Source: Octopus bimaculoides
Taxonomy: Eukaryota
Length of the DNA: 33,881 nucleotides
Assembly (NCBI RefSeq): GCF_001194135.2
Contig: NC_068988.1
Location: forward strand, 21,346,110-21,379,990
Reading direction: 5' to 3'
Position numbers and translations under genes: made by a program. Shown here one piece after another: positions 21,541 through 32,923 of this stretch (within the stretch, counting starts at the first letter, position 1; each line of letters begins with the position of its first letter). A model generated the notes under the pieces. The model made no database searches and was not told the origin of the DNA. It saw only the letters and a program-made list of their open reading frames with translations.

Positions 21541-21900
21541 GAAAGGGCAGGTAGTTTTCCTCTGTCTTGTAGCTTCGTAGAAAGAGATTGTGTGATTGAC
21601 GCGACTGAAAGGACTGACGACAGATGCTTTCATTGTGAGTGAAGGCAGAGTGAATGTCATGCGTCTGTTGGCTGAAAAGTACGAAGTAGAGAAGAGCACT
21701 CGATGAGCAGGATGACACGGGATCTGTGGAATTCTTTTGTAGCCCTTGGGTGATGCTTTTCTCCCCATTAAGGAATTTTGTTGTTATAATTCTCTTGTTT
21801 GTTGTTTTTATTGTTTATAAACCCCAATGTCCTTTGTATTAGCATCGTCCTAAATACCTTTGTGTGTGGTCTTTGTGGCTAATAAAAAATTATTATTATT
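21541..21900 (+). mobile_element. Tx1/L1-clade LINE extreme 3' end with UTR
   Basis: KGQVVFLCLVAS*KEIV*LTRLKGLTTDAF matches the 16.8-kb copy; UTR ends CTTTGTGGCT-AATAAA (21881-86). Confidence 0.75.
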
Positions 21901-22080
21901 AGCTTAGCAGCATTTCGTCAGTCTTTAAAGTTCTGTGTTCGAATTCCACTGAGGTCGACTTTGTCTTTCATCCTTTCAGGGTCGATAAAATAAGTCCCAG
22001 TTGAGTACTGGGGTCGACGTAATCGACAAGCCCCTTCCTCCAAAATTCCAGGTCTTATACCTATAGTAGAAAGCATTATT
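21901..22080 (+). mobile_element. Meta-like SINE, tail A
   Basis: GAGGTCGACTTTGTCTTTCATCCTTTCAGGGTCGATAAAATAAGT...CCTATAGTAGAAAGCATTATT. Confidence 0.92.
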
Positions 22081-22084
22081 TTTT

Positions 22085-22279
22085 GCTGGTAGAATCGTTA
22101 ATATGCCGGATAAAATGCATAGCGGCGTTAGTTCAAATTCCGCCGAGGTTGATTTTGCTTTTCATCTTTTCGGGGTTGATAAAAAACGTAACAGATGAAC
22201 ACTGGGAGTCAGTGATATCGACTTACCCACTCCCCTGATCTTGCTGGCCTTGTGCCAAAATTTGAAACCATTATTATTA
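22085..22279 (+). mobile_element. Meta-like SINE, tail B, tandem with the previous copy
   Basis: GCTGGTAGAATCGTTA...GGCCTTGTGCCAAAATTTGAAACCATTATT. Confidence 0.9.
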
Positions 22280-23052
22280 ACATTATTAGACACACCAAAA
22301 ACAACAAGCAAACATTCCAACAGAAAACAGCACATCAGTATAAAATATCCCCCCAAAATCATATTAATAAAAAGAAAAAAAGCAACAGAAACACAGTGTC
22401 ATAAAAAAAAAACAAAGCAAAAATCACAGTGGAAAATACAAAAAAAGTCTTCTACTTTCTAGCTTCAGTAGGTTCTGAGATAGAAGACTGATCAATCGAA
22501 TCAATTAATCAAGCAAACAAACTGGATAAAAACTGAGGCTACTAATTTTTTTTTACCAGTTGGAATGTTGAGCAGGTGGTGGAGACAATGATAGTGGTCC
22601 TCTGTAATATTGGGATTAAATTCAGCAGCAGCATCATCATCAGCAGCAGCAACAGCAACAGTAGCAGTTCTAATTGAACAAAGATGATCCAAGGAAGAGT
22701 CTACTAGAAATAACAGCCAAATTTACCTCAAAACGTATCTTGCTCTTTTACAAAAGGAAGGGCAGTTTGTACATTGCAGCTCCAGAATATTATCTCTGAA
22801 AAAAAAAAAAAAAACTGAAAAGAAAAGAAAAAATAACTGAATGTACTTGTTCATAGATCTGCTTTGGCAAATAGAAGGCACAGAACACTTTCAGAAGTCA
22901 GAAAAGAGATGGATACATCAAGTAATGTCATCTTAGAACTTCTCTAAATAGATAGGATGGTCGAGGTTGGAATGCCTATAGTCAGTATCTGTTTTATATT
23001 ATAATTTCATTCACATCTAGTGCTTGTTGGTTCTTTATGAGAATCTACATAG

Positions 23053-23186
23053 GTGCAGGTGTGGCTGTGCGGTAAGAAGTTTGCTTTCCACCCACATAGT
23101 TCCGAGTTCAGTCCCACAGCGTGGCACCTTAGCCGACAAAAGCCTTGTGAGTAGATTTGGTAGACGGAAACTGAAAGAAGCTCGTC
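23053..23186 (+). mobile_element. CORE-like SINE head with internal deletion
   Basis: GCAGGTGTGGCTGTGCGGTAAGAAG...GAGTTCAGTCCC...GGAAACTGAAAGAAGCTCGTC. Confidence 0.9.
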
Positions 23187-23199
23187 ATATATATATATT

Positions 23200-23414
23200 T
23201 CGGTTTTGGATTTGGTTTGCAAGATTCTTTATGCGAGTTCGTGTGTTGAAGAATATTCTGTTGTGTCTGGGGAGGGTCATTCTCTTTTAGTGCCTTATGA
23301 TTTAACACCCTCACCAGTTAAATTTCCACTCATTTCCTTCTTTATTTTTCTAAAATCTTCGTTGCGTCTTGCAACCTTTTCAATAGTTTTGAGAGTCAAA
23401 ACCAGTGATTGTGT
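23200..23414 (-). mobile_element. Probable 3' end of an unclassified retroelement ORF plus UTR
   Basis: Open from the gap: TQSLVLTLKTIEKVARRNEDFRKIKKEMSGNLTGEGVKS* (stop 23295-97), then ~95 nt. Clade not recognisable. Confidence 0.4.
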
Positions 23415-24011
23415 NNNNNNNNNNNNNNNNNNNNNNNNNNNNNNNNNNNNNNNNNNNNNNNNNNNNNNNNNNNNNNNNNNNNNNNNNNNNNNNNNNNNNN
23501 NNNNNNNNNNNNNNNNNNNNNNNNNNNNNNNNNNNNNNNNNNNNNNNNNNNNNNNNNNNNNNNNNNNNNNNNNNNNNNNNNNNNNNNNNNNNNNNNNNNN
23601 NNNNNNNNNNNNNNNNNNNNNNNNNNNNNNNNNNNNNNNNNNNNNNNNNNNNNNNNNNNNNNNNNNNNNNNNNNNNNNNNNNNNNNNNNNNNNNNNNNNN
23701 NNNNNNNNNNNNNNNNNNNNNNNNNNNNNNNNNNNNNNNNNNNNNNNNNNNNNNNNNNNNNNNNNNNNNNNNNNNNNNNNNNNNNNNNNNNNNNNNNNNN
23801 NNNNNNNNNNNNNNNNNNNNNNNNNNNNNNNNNNNNNNNNNNNNNNNNNNNNNNNNNNNNNNNNNNNNNNNNNNNNNNNNNNNNNNNNNNNNNNNNNNNN
23901 NNNNNNNNNNNNNNNNNNNNNNNNNNNNNNNNNNNNNNNNNNNNNNNNNNNNNNNNNNNNNNNNNNNNNNNNNNNNNNNNNNNNNNNNNNNNNNNNNNNN
24001 NNNNNNNNNNN

Positions 24012-24860
24012 AAAGAGTCGTGGGCAGAATTCGCACAGGATGGTCGGCGCGGGTTGACGCTCCTTTCTTCTCCAGAGTTTTACCTCCTCATTCTGTTGTC
24101 TGTTCTGCTCGTAGGAGCTGGCTCCATTGCGGATAGCAGTCCTCCAGACTGTCCTATCCATGCCAATCTGTTTCCATGTAGATAGCTGGATGTTAGCTTC
24201 CGTTTGAGCTGGTCTTTAAAACGGAATTTCGGACCTCCTCTGGGTCTTGTTCCGATTGCAAGTTCTCCGTAGAGCATGATCCTTGGCAAACGAGAGAGCT
24301 CCATACACTGGACGTTACCTGCCCAGCAGAGACGATGGTGAAGAATGGTGGCTTCGACACTTGGTAGTGAGGCGCGGCAAACATTGCCGTTGGTAACGTG
24401 ATCTTCCCATTGTGTGTTGAGGATCTGTCGTATCTTCGATTGCTGGAAGCATTCGAGGCGCTTGAAGTCACGGCATTACAACGTCCAAGTCTCACAAGCG
24501 TAGAGTTGACAGGACAATGGCACGGAAGACCATGGTCTTTGTCCGGATGGTCAGCGCGTTATTGAAGAATACTCGCTGGCTGAGTGTGCTGAAGGCGGAG
24601 TGGGCCGTCCCAATCCGGCTCTCCACGTCCTTTTCACATATGGGGGTCTTCGAAAGAAAATACTTCCAAGGTATGTGAAGTGTTCAACGTCTTCTAGGGG
24701 TTGGCCGTTGAGGCTAATGTTTGGGGATGGATTATTCTGGCTTGATGCAGGTTGGATCAGTGTTGTGGTCTTTAATGTGTTTAACTGCATACCGAAGCGT
24801 TCGTAAACCGCGTTGTAAAGATCGGCCGTCCTTTGTAGGTCAACTGCGGTCCGGCTCAGC
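24012..24860 (-). mobile_element. RTE/BovB-clade LINE, 5' truncated and frameshifted
   Basis: LQRTADLYNAVYERFGMQLNTLKT...FTYLGS; KTMVFRAIVLSTL-ACETWTL; RLPRIMLYGEL...RPRGGPKFRFKDQLKR; CEFCPRLF before the gap. Confidence 0.92.
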
Positions 24861-25547
24861 GATATATATATATATATAATGATAATGATGCTTATCTAAC
24901 AGTGATACAAGGGCAGAAGTTTGCTCAGGATCGGGATTTCTCTGCATACATCAACCTCAGAAATTCAAGCTGAACATTAACTACATTTACAGCAATAGTA
25001 TTAGAGACCCTAAAAGATCTATGGACGCCTCTCCTCGACTTTTATCACAGTCAAAAGTAAACAAAGAGACAACTAGCGGTAATGCAGCGTATTCTAAGAA
25101 TAAATTTGCCGTTTCTTTACACGCATCTGAGTAGAACAGACTGGTTTATATATTTCGCATAATAAATTTTCAATGGATGGATGAATCGACAGAGCACTAC
25201 AGAAAATACCTTGTACTAATCGGTTACTTCCATTCATCAATAAAATTGGTTCCAATCGATAATTACTAGAATCGATCATAATCGATTATACGTTGGAAGG
25301 TCGTGCCCCAGTTTGGTTACAATCCAATTACTGAATCTGGAGAAGAAATAATTGAAATGGTTTCGACCCAACGGTGTAGTTTCTTAACTCTTAGGGTTCG
25401 TAGACTTGTATTACATCATGAATATATAATTCGTAGATGAAATACATTAATGTTGAACTACAAGTAGAATTTTTGAAAATTGAACATTCTTTTATCAGCT
25501 TTCTTGATACTCAAAAGCTATTTACGAGCAAAATATGAAAAAACAAA

Positions 25548-25584
<37 letters not shown>

Positions 25585-26397
25585 AAAAAGCAAACAAATA
25601 AAACAATTTGATTTATTGTTCTGCAAGATTCCACCTTCTCCACTTTCTATACTCTACAACCTATTTCTAATGCCAGCCAGTAGAAAATTTCTTCAGTCAA
25701 TCGGCAATGACAGCAACTGTAAGCATATCTCCCTGGTTAGTAAGCATCAAATTAAACAACCTAACGCTAGCTGTGTGTATAAGTATATGAAAGATGAAGA
25801 AAAGATGTTACTTATTCGGCAAATGGCGGCCAACTCAGAATTTGTGGCTTTCCGTTCATTCAGAATAATATCACATAATCACCTCAGTTTTCTAAAAGCT
25901 TGCCAGATTAGCTTCAGCCAGCAATATATCTTTTCCCAAAGGTCACTTGACTTTAACAGCTGCAGACGTCATATTTTGACCTAAAGGACGTTGTTAGATT
26001 TTTGCTATTGTTGACTAAATTCTTGTGACTTTTGCTCCGTTTCAAAACTAATTGCTGTATAGAAGTGAACAAGTTGGCTTACTGCTTTAGTGAAACCTAA
26101 ATATTATGGAAATCTTTTAGAACGGTTAATAACTAATGTACGTAAGTTAATTCACTACCATTTAAGAAAATGGTTTTTGTTGTATAGAGAATTATCGATT
26201 AGTGGTTGGTGTTGAATATAGTTCGTTTTATCACAGAAGACTTAGATATATGATACTTAGTATTATAGGCCAGGCTTTTACGAAAGTAATGTATCGTGTA
26301 ACTGCTACGAAAATACATGCTCTGTTATAAATTAAACGACTTGTGTGCATAGTATTGACTATTATGTATATTGAAAAGTTTTAGTATCAGCGTTCTC

Positions 26398-26611
26398 AAG
26401 GCGGCGAGCTGGCAGAATCGTTAGTACGTAGGACAAAATGCGTTGTGACATTTCGTCCGTCTGTATATTCTGAGTTCGAATCCCGTCGACTTGGCCCTTT
26501 TATCTTTTCGGGATCGATAAAATAAGTACCAGTTGAGCACTGGGTTTCTTGTAATCGACTATTCTCTCCCACCAAATTTAAGGCCTCGTGTCTATAGCAC
26601 AAAGGATAATT
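26398..26611 (+). mobile_element. Meta-like SINE, full length, tail A
   Basis: AAGGCGGCGAGCTGGCAGAATCGTTAG...GAGTTCGAATCCC...GTCTATAGCACAAAGGATAATT. Confidence 0.92.
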
Positions 26612-26713
26612 AACGTTCTCGTGTAACTAAATATTGGTTTTCTGAGTTCATTTGTGCTATTTTGCTGATAACAAAGTTTATAGACCCTTATCATTCACTT
26701 AATTAATTATGGT

Positions 26714-26815
26714 TTCATTGACGCCAGTACTTGACTGATACTCACTTCATTTTATCAACCCCAAGAGGATGAAAGTCGAAGTTGGCACTATCAGAATTTG
26801 AACTCAGAACGTAAT
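26714..26815 (-). mobile_element. Meta-like SINE middle part, running into gap
   Basis: TTTTATCAACCCCAAGAGGATGAAAG...GAATTTGAACTCAGAACG. Confidence 0.8.
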
Positions 26816-27098
26816 NNNNNNNNNNNNNNNNNNNNNNNNNNNNNNNNNNNNNNNNNNNNNNNNNNNNNNNNNNNNNNNNNNNNNNNNNNNNNNNNNNNNN
26901 NNNNNNNNNNNNNNNNNNNNNNNNNNNNNNNNNNNNNNNNNNNNNNNNNNNNNNNNNNNNNNNNNNNNNNNNNNNNNNNNNNNNNNNNNNNNNNNNNNNN
27001 NNNNNNNNNNNNNNNNNNNNNNNNNNNNNNNNNNNNNNNNNNNNNNNNNNNNNNNNNNNNNNNNNNNNNNNNNNNNNNNNNNNNNNNNNNNNNNNNNN

Positions 27099-27300
27099 TA
27101 TTTCCTGTTTCTGTTGTGCCTGTAATTCAAAGGGTCAGCCTTGTCACACTGTGTCACGCTGAATATCCCCGAGAACTATGTTAAGGGTACACGTGTCTGT
27201 GGAGTGCTCAGTCACTTGCACGTTAATTTCACGAGCAGGCTGTTCCGTTGATCGGATCGACTGGAACCCTCGACGTCGTAACCGACGGAGTGCCAACAAC
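27099..27300 (+). mobile_element. CAA-tailed SINE family, 3' part
   Basis: Ends ...CCGACGGAGTGC-CAACAAC; inverted partner at 11765-11964. Confidence 0.9.
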
Positions 27301-27511
27301 AGGATTTGCGACCTCACTTCCTTATTTCCCTAATTAATAATAGGTTTCGAAGGATTAATAGAGAGAGAGAGAGAGATAGAGAAAGAGAGGGAGAGGGAGA
27401 GTGAGAAAGACTGTAAGAGGTATCAATCATACGTATTTCCAGTCTAATCCAATATATTTGGTATTAATCCAAGGTTGTCACTTCGACGCTTCATATTGGG
27501 CAGCCATTTAT

Positions 27512-28150
27512 CTCTTTTCTTTTATCTATTACTTGTTTCAATCACTGCAATGCGGCCAAGCTGGGGCACCGCCTTGAAGGGTTTTAGTTGAGCAAATCGA
27601 CCCCAGGACTTATGTTTGTTCTTAAGTCTGGTACTTCATTCTATCAGTTGTCTTTTGCCGAACCGCTAAGTTACGGAGACGTAAACAAACCAACACCCCT
27701 TGTCAAGCAATGGCTGCATGTGACAAATACAGACACGCACAAACACATACATACACATACATATACATACAGACACACATACACACTTATATACACGACA
27801 GGCTTCCACATAGTTTCTTATTTCTTTATTGCCCACAAGGAGCTATACACAGAGGGGACAAACAAGAACAGATAAAGAGATTAAGTCGATTATATCGACC
27901 CCAGTGCGTAACTGGTACTTATTTAATCGACCCCCGAAAGGTTGAAAGGTAAAGTCGACCTCGGCGGAATTTGAACTCAGAACGTAGCGGCAGACGAAAT
28001 ACCGCTAAGCATTTCGTCCGGTGTGCTAACGTTTCTGCCAGCTCACCGCCTTCACACAGGTTTCCACACAGTTTCTGCTTACCAAATCCACTCACAAAGT
28101 CTGGGGCTATAGTAGAAGACACTTTCCCAAGGTACCGCATACTAGAACTG
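27512..28150 (-). mobile_element. CORE-like SINE hosting a nested Meta-like SINE
   Basis: Tail at 27512-27740; CORE region at 28056-28150. Confidence 0.88.
27818..28052 (-). mobile_element. Meta-like SINE, full length, tail C, nested
   Basis: 20-bp duplication with two mismatches: ACAGGCTTCCACATAGTTTC (27798-27817) / ACAGGTTTCCACACAGTTTC (28056-28075). Confidence 0.93.
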
Positions 28151-28973
28151 CACTTCATATATATATATATATATATATANNNNNNNNNNNNNNNNNNNNN
28201 NNNNNNNNNNNNNNNNNNNNNNNNNNNNNNNNNNNNNNNNNNNNNNNNNNNNNNNNNNNNNNNNNNNNNNNNNNNNNNNNNNNNNNNNNNNNNNNNNNNN
28301 NNNNNNNNNNNNNNNNNNNNNNNNNNNNNNNNNNNNNNNNNNNNNNNNNNNNNNNNNNNNNNNNNNNNNNNNNNNNNNNNNNNNNNNNNNNNNNNNNNNN
28401 NNNNNNNNNNNNNNNNNNNNNNNNNNNNNNNNNNNNNNNNNNNNNNNNNNNNNNNNNNNNNNNNNNNNNNNNNNNNNNNNNNNNNNNNNNNNNNNNNNNN
28501 NNNNNNNNNNNNNNNNNNNNNNNNNNNNNNNNNNNNNNNNNNNNNNNNNNNNNNNNNNNNNNNNNNNNNNNNNNNNNNNNNNNNNNNNNNNNNNNNNNNN
28601 NNNNNNNNNNNNNNNNNNNNNNNNNNNNNNNNNNNNNNNNNNNNNNNNNNNNNNNNNNNNNNNNNNNNNNNNNNNNNNNNNNNNNNNNNNNNNNNNNNNN
28701 NNNNNNNNNNNNNNNNNNNNNNNNNNNNNNNNNNNNNNNNNNNNNNNNNNNNNNNNNNNNNNNNNNNNNNNNNNNNNNNNNNNNNNNNNNNNNNNNNNNN
28801 NNNNNNNNNNNNNNNNNNNNNNNNNNNNNNNNNNNNNNNNNNNNNNNNNNNNNNNNNNNNNNNNNNNNNNNNNNNNNNNNNNNNNNNNNNNNNNNNNNNN
28901 NNNNNNNNNNNNNNNNNNNNNNNNNNNNNNNNNNNNNNNNNNNNNNNNNNNNNNNNNNNNNNNNNNNNNNNNN

Positions 28974-29010
<37 letters not shown>

Positions 29011-29385
29011 ATATACACGTATATATGTAATATGTGTGCGCATGTATAAGCGTGTGTGTGACTGTGCGCGCGCATATTAGGGTTGTTAAAATATTTTGTA
29101 TCCAGAGGATTCGTTATATACACGTGAAGTTTTAAGTTGCAGTCAACCCAATATGGAAATCTATATGCATGTATGCATATAAGCATGAATATACATGTGT
29201 ACATGAATTCATACATGCACATATATATGCATGTATGTATAAGTGCATGAATGTATATATGATTGTATGCATGAATGCATGTATATGCATATGTACATAC
29301 ATGCATACACACACTCACACACATACACACATGCATATATGTTATATATATATAGAAAGACTTAGATACATGTGTGTGTGCTAAG

Positions 29386-29425
<40 letters not shown>

Positions 29426-29563
29426 GTCAGTCTGTCTGTCTGTCTGTCTATTCATCTATCTATCTATCTATGTTATATATAGAAAAGCTAGGTAAAGAGG
29501 GAGTATATCATCAGTTTTGCAGAAATATACTCAACTACAAGCCTGCTTTTTACNNNNNNNNNN

Positions 29564-29602
<39 letters not shown>

Positions 29603-29650
29603 TATGCCTCCATTTAACAAAATATGTATGTGTATGTATTTCTGTATGTA
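28974..29650. repeat. TA/TATG/CA/ATCT low-complexity block
   Basis: Visible simple repeats with short unique spacers. Confidence 0.85.
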
Positions 29651-30051
29651 TGTTTTTCTCAGTATATCTTTTCGTATAACTTCATGTATTAGTCATAGAA
29701 TGTTGAATACTCTGTTGTAGGGTTAAAATAATGAAATCTTATATGCATGCGACGATATATACTCAAAATATACATGGAAGTACAGATGCTTAAATATCAA
29801 AATAAATGCTAGTTTTCTCTGACAAGGTCGTGTTTCGATTGCCATGTCACTCGTAAGTGGAGGAAAAGGATTGTCTTTTAAATATAAGTTTGGTTTGTTG
29901 TATGTTATTAGCGATGATGTTATAGGGCAACTAATAACATCATAGAACAGCCCAAATCTGTATTTAAAAGACTGTTATATGAAAATGTATATAAAAACGT
30001 GTATAATACTGCCTATAAAATTACATAGAATATTCCATGTGTGTTTGTGTA

Positions 30052-30082
<31 letters not shown>

Positions 30083-30086
30083 ATAC

Positions 30087-30127
<41 letters not shown>

Positions 30128-30986
30128 NNNNNNNNNNNNNNNNNNNNNNNNNNNNNNNNNNNNNNNNNNNNNNNNNNNNNNNNNNNNNNNNNNNNNNNNN
30201 NNNNNNNNNNNNNNNNNNNNNNNNNNNNNNNNNNNNNNNNNNNNNNNNNNNNNNNNNNNNNNNNNNNNNNNNNNNNNNNNNNNNNNNNNNNNNNNNNNNN
30301 NNNNNNNNNNNNNNNNNNNNNNNNNNNNNNNNNNNNNNNNNNNNNNNNNNNNNNNNNNNNNNNNNNNNNNNNNNNNNNNNNNNNNNNNNNNNNNNNNNNN
30401 NNNNNNNNNNNNNNNNNNNNNNNNNNNNNNNNNNNNNNNNNNNNNNNNNNNNNNNNNNNNNNNNNNNNNNNNNNNNNNNNNNNNNNNNNNNNNNNNNNNN
30501 NNNNNNNNNNNNNNNNNNNNNNNNNNNNNNNNNNNNNNNNNNNNNNNNNNNNNNNNNNNNNNNNNNNNNNNNNNNNNNNNNNNNNNNNNNNNNNNNNNNN
30601 NNNNNNNNNNNNNNNNNNNNNNNNNNNNNNNNNNNNNNNNNNNNNNNNNNNNNNNNNNNNNNNNNNNNNNNNNNNNNNNNNNNNNNNNNNNNNNNNNNNN
30701 NNNNNNNNNNNNNNNNNNNNNNNNNNNNNNNNNNNNNNNNNNNNNNNNNNNNNNNNNNNNNNNNNNNNNNNNNNNNNNNNNNNNNNNNNNNNNNNNNNNN
30801 NNNNNNNNNNNNNNNNNNNNNNNNNNNNNNNNNNNNNNNNNNNNNNNNNNNNNNNNNNNNNNNNNNNNNNNNNNNNNNNNNNNNNNNNNNNNNNNNNNNN
30901 NNNNNNNNNNNNNNNNNNNNNNNNNNNNNNNNNNNNNNNNNNNNNNNNNNNNNNNNNNNNNNNNNNNNNNNNNNNNNNNNNNNNNN

Positions 30987-31027
<41 letters not shown>

Positions 31028-31334
31028 TATATATGTATATGCACATATATAATAGTTTTTCTAAGCCCTCTAAAAGAACTCGGAAAATTGGCCCTCGAAC
31101 CAGACCTTTCGTGATACCCTTAAACCCAGGAACTTTTCCTCCTCGTATATATCACACAAACACATTTATATTTCTGGCTGTATCATTTTCAACACTTCCG
31201 TCCCTACTTTTCAAGTTTACCTTTAAATACTATACAAATTTCTCAAGCTAAAATGATATTTGCAGTTTGAACATAACGAAGCCACTGCAAGTGAAAGCTA
31301 GAAACTCTTTTAAGCTTACAACTTCAAGACGTAC

Positions 31335-31460
31335 ATAGCGTGCCTGTGTGATTAAGAAGCTCACTTTGCCGCTATATAGCTTCATGTGAAGTCTTCCTGC
31401 GTGGTACCTTGGGCAAGTATCTTCTAGTATAGCCTCGAGGCAACCATGTATAAGGCCTGA
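31335..31460 (+). mobile_element. Decayed CORE-like SINE head
   Basis: CTGCGTGGTACCTTGGGCAAGTATCTTCTAGTATAGCCTCG. Confidence 0.8.
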
Positions 31461-31854
31461 AATGTATGCGTGTATGTGTGTGTGATGCGGGACTGCACTA
31501 GAGTTTTCCAAGCAACGAGAAATTCAAGAATCCGATTCTTTTTCACTGAGGGCAGTTTTTGAGGAGAAACACAGTCATCGAGAAACAATGCTAAAAACAC
31601 CTTCTCTTCAGCACATAGCAGCGAAATTGACCGAAACTGATTGATTTTCCTTGTATTTTTGTATTAAACTACCGACCGAAAATAATATTAAGATCGGAAT
31701 TTAAAATCAACTTGCCACATGATGATTATAACAATAACAGAGGACTACATCTCGCAAATACAACGAAAGTACTGTATCATTGTTCTGAATCTAAAACTTA
31801 TGAATTTTTTATTGGGCTTTTTATTGAAACGTTTTATTTTCAAAGTTATAAGCA

Positions 31855-31935
31855 TTTATCTTTTACTTGTTTCAATCATTAGACTACGGCCATGCTGGGA
31901 CACCACTCAAAGATTTTTAGTCAAATGATTCGAGA
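31855..31935 (-). mobile_element. CORE-like SINE tail
   Basis: TTTTACTTGTTTCAATCATTAGACTACGGCCATGCTGGGACACC. Confidence 0.8.
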
Positions 31936-31963
31936 CAAACATAGACACGGAGACACACACACC

Positions 31964-32062
<99 letters not shown>

Positions 32063-32923
32063 ACATTATATGTGCACGCACGTGTATATATANNNNNNNN
32101 NNNNNNNNNNNNNNNNNNNNNNNNNNNNNNNNNNNNNNNNNNNNNNNNNNNNNNNNNNNNNNNNNNNNNNNNNNNNNNNNNNNNNNNNNNNNNNNNNNNN
32201 NNNNNNNNNNNNNNNNNNNNNNNNNNNNNNNNNNNNNNNNNNNNNNNNNNNNNNNNNNNNNNNNNNNNNNNNNNNNNNNNNNNNNNNNNNNNNNNNNNNN
32301 NNNNNNNNNNNNNNNNNNNNNNNNNNNNNNNNNNNNNNNNNNNNNNNNNNNNNNNNNNNNNNNNNNNNNNNNNNNNNNNNNNNNNNNNNNNNNNNNNNNN
32401 NNNNNNNNNNNNNNNNNNNNNNNNNNNNNNNNNNNNNNNNNNNNNNNNNNNNNNNNNNNNNNNNNNNNNNNNNNNNNNNNNNNNNNNNNNNNNNNNNNNN
32501 NNNNNNNNNNNNNNNNNNNNNNNNNNNNNNNNNNNNNNNNNNNNNNNNNNNNNNNNNNNNNNNNNNNNNNNNNNNNNNNNNNNNNNNNNNNNNNNNNNNN
32601 NNNNNNNNNNNNNNNNNNNNNNNNNNNNNNNNNNNNNNNNNNNNNNNNNNNNNNNNNNNNNNNNNNNNNNNNNNNNNNNNNNNNNNNNNNNNNNNNNNNN
32701 NNNNNNNNNNNNNNNNNNNNNNNNNNNNNNNNNNNNNNNNNNNNNNNNNNNNNNNNNNNNNNNNNNNNNNNNNNNNNNNNNNNNNNNNNNNNNNNNNNNN
32801 NNNNNNNNNNNNNNNNNNNNNNNNNNNNNNNNNNNNNNNNNNNNNNNNNNNNNNNNNNNNNNNNNNNNNNNNNNNNNNNNNNNNNNNNNNNNNNNNNNNN
32901 NNNNNNNNGCGGTTCCTGGATAT

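Noticed and set aside
24994-25135. Plus-strand frame NSIRDPKRSMDASPR... after TTTACAG
   Set aside because: Short, no homology, only a moderate donor.
25535-25984. 149-aa ORF starting in a poly(A) run
   Set aside because: The start is poly-K from the A tract; no domain recognised.
31501-31644. Protein-like frame EFSKQREIQESDSF...TETD*
   Set aside because: Weak acceptor, no homology, length expected by chance.
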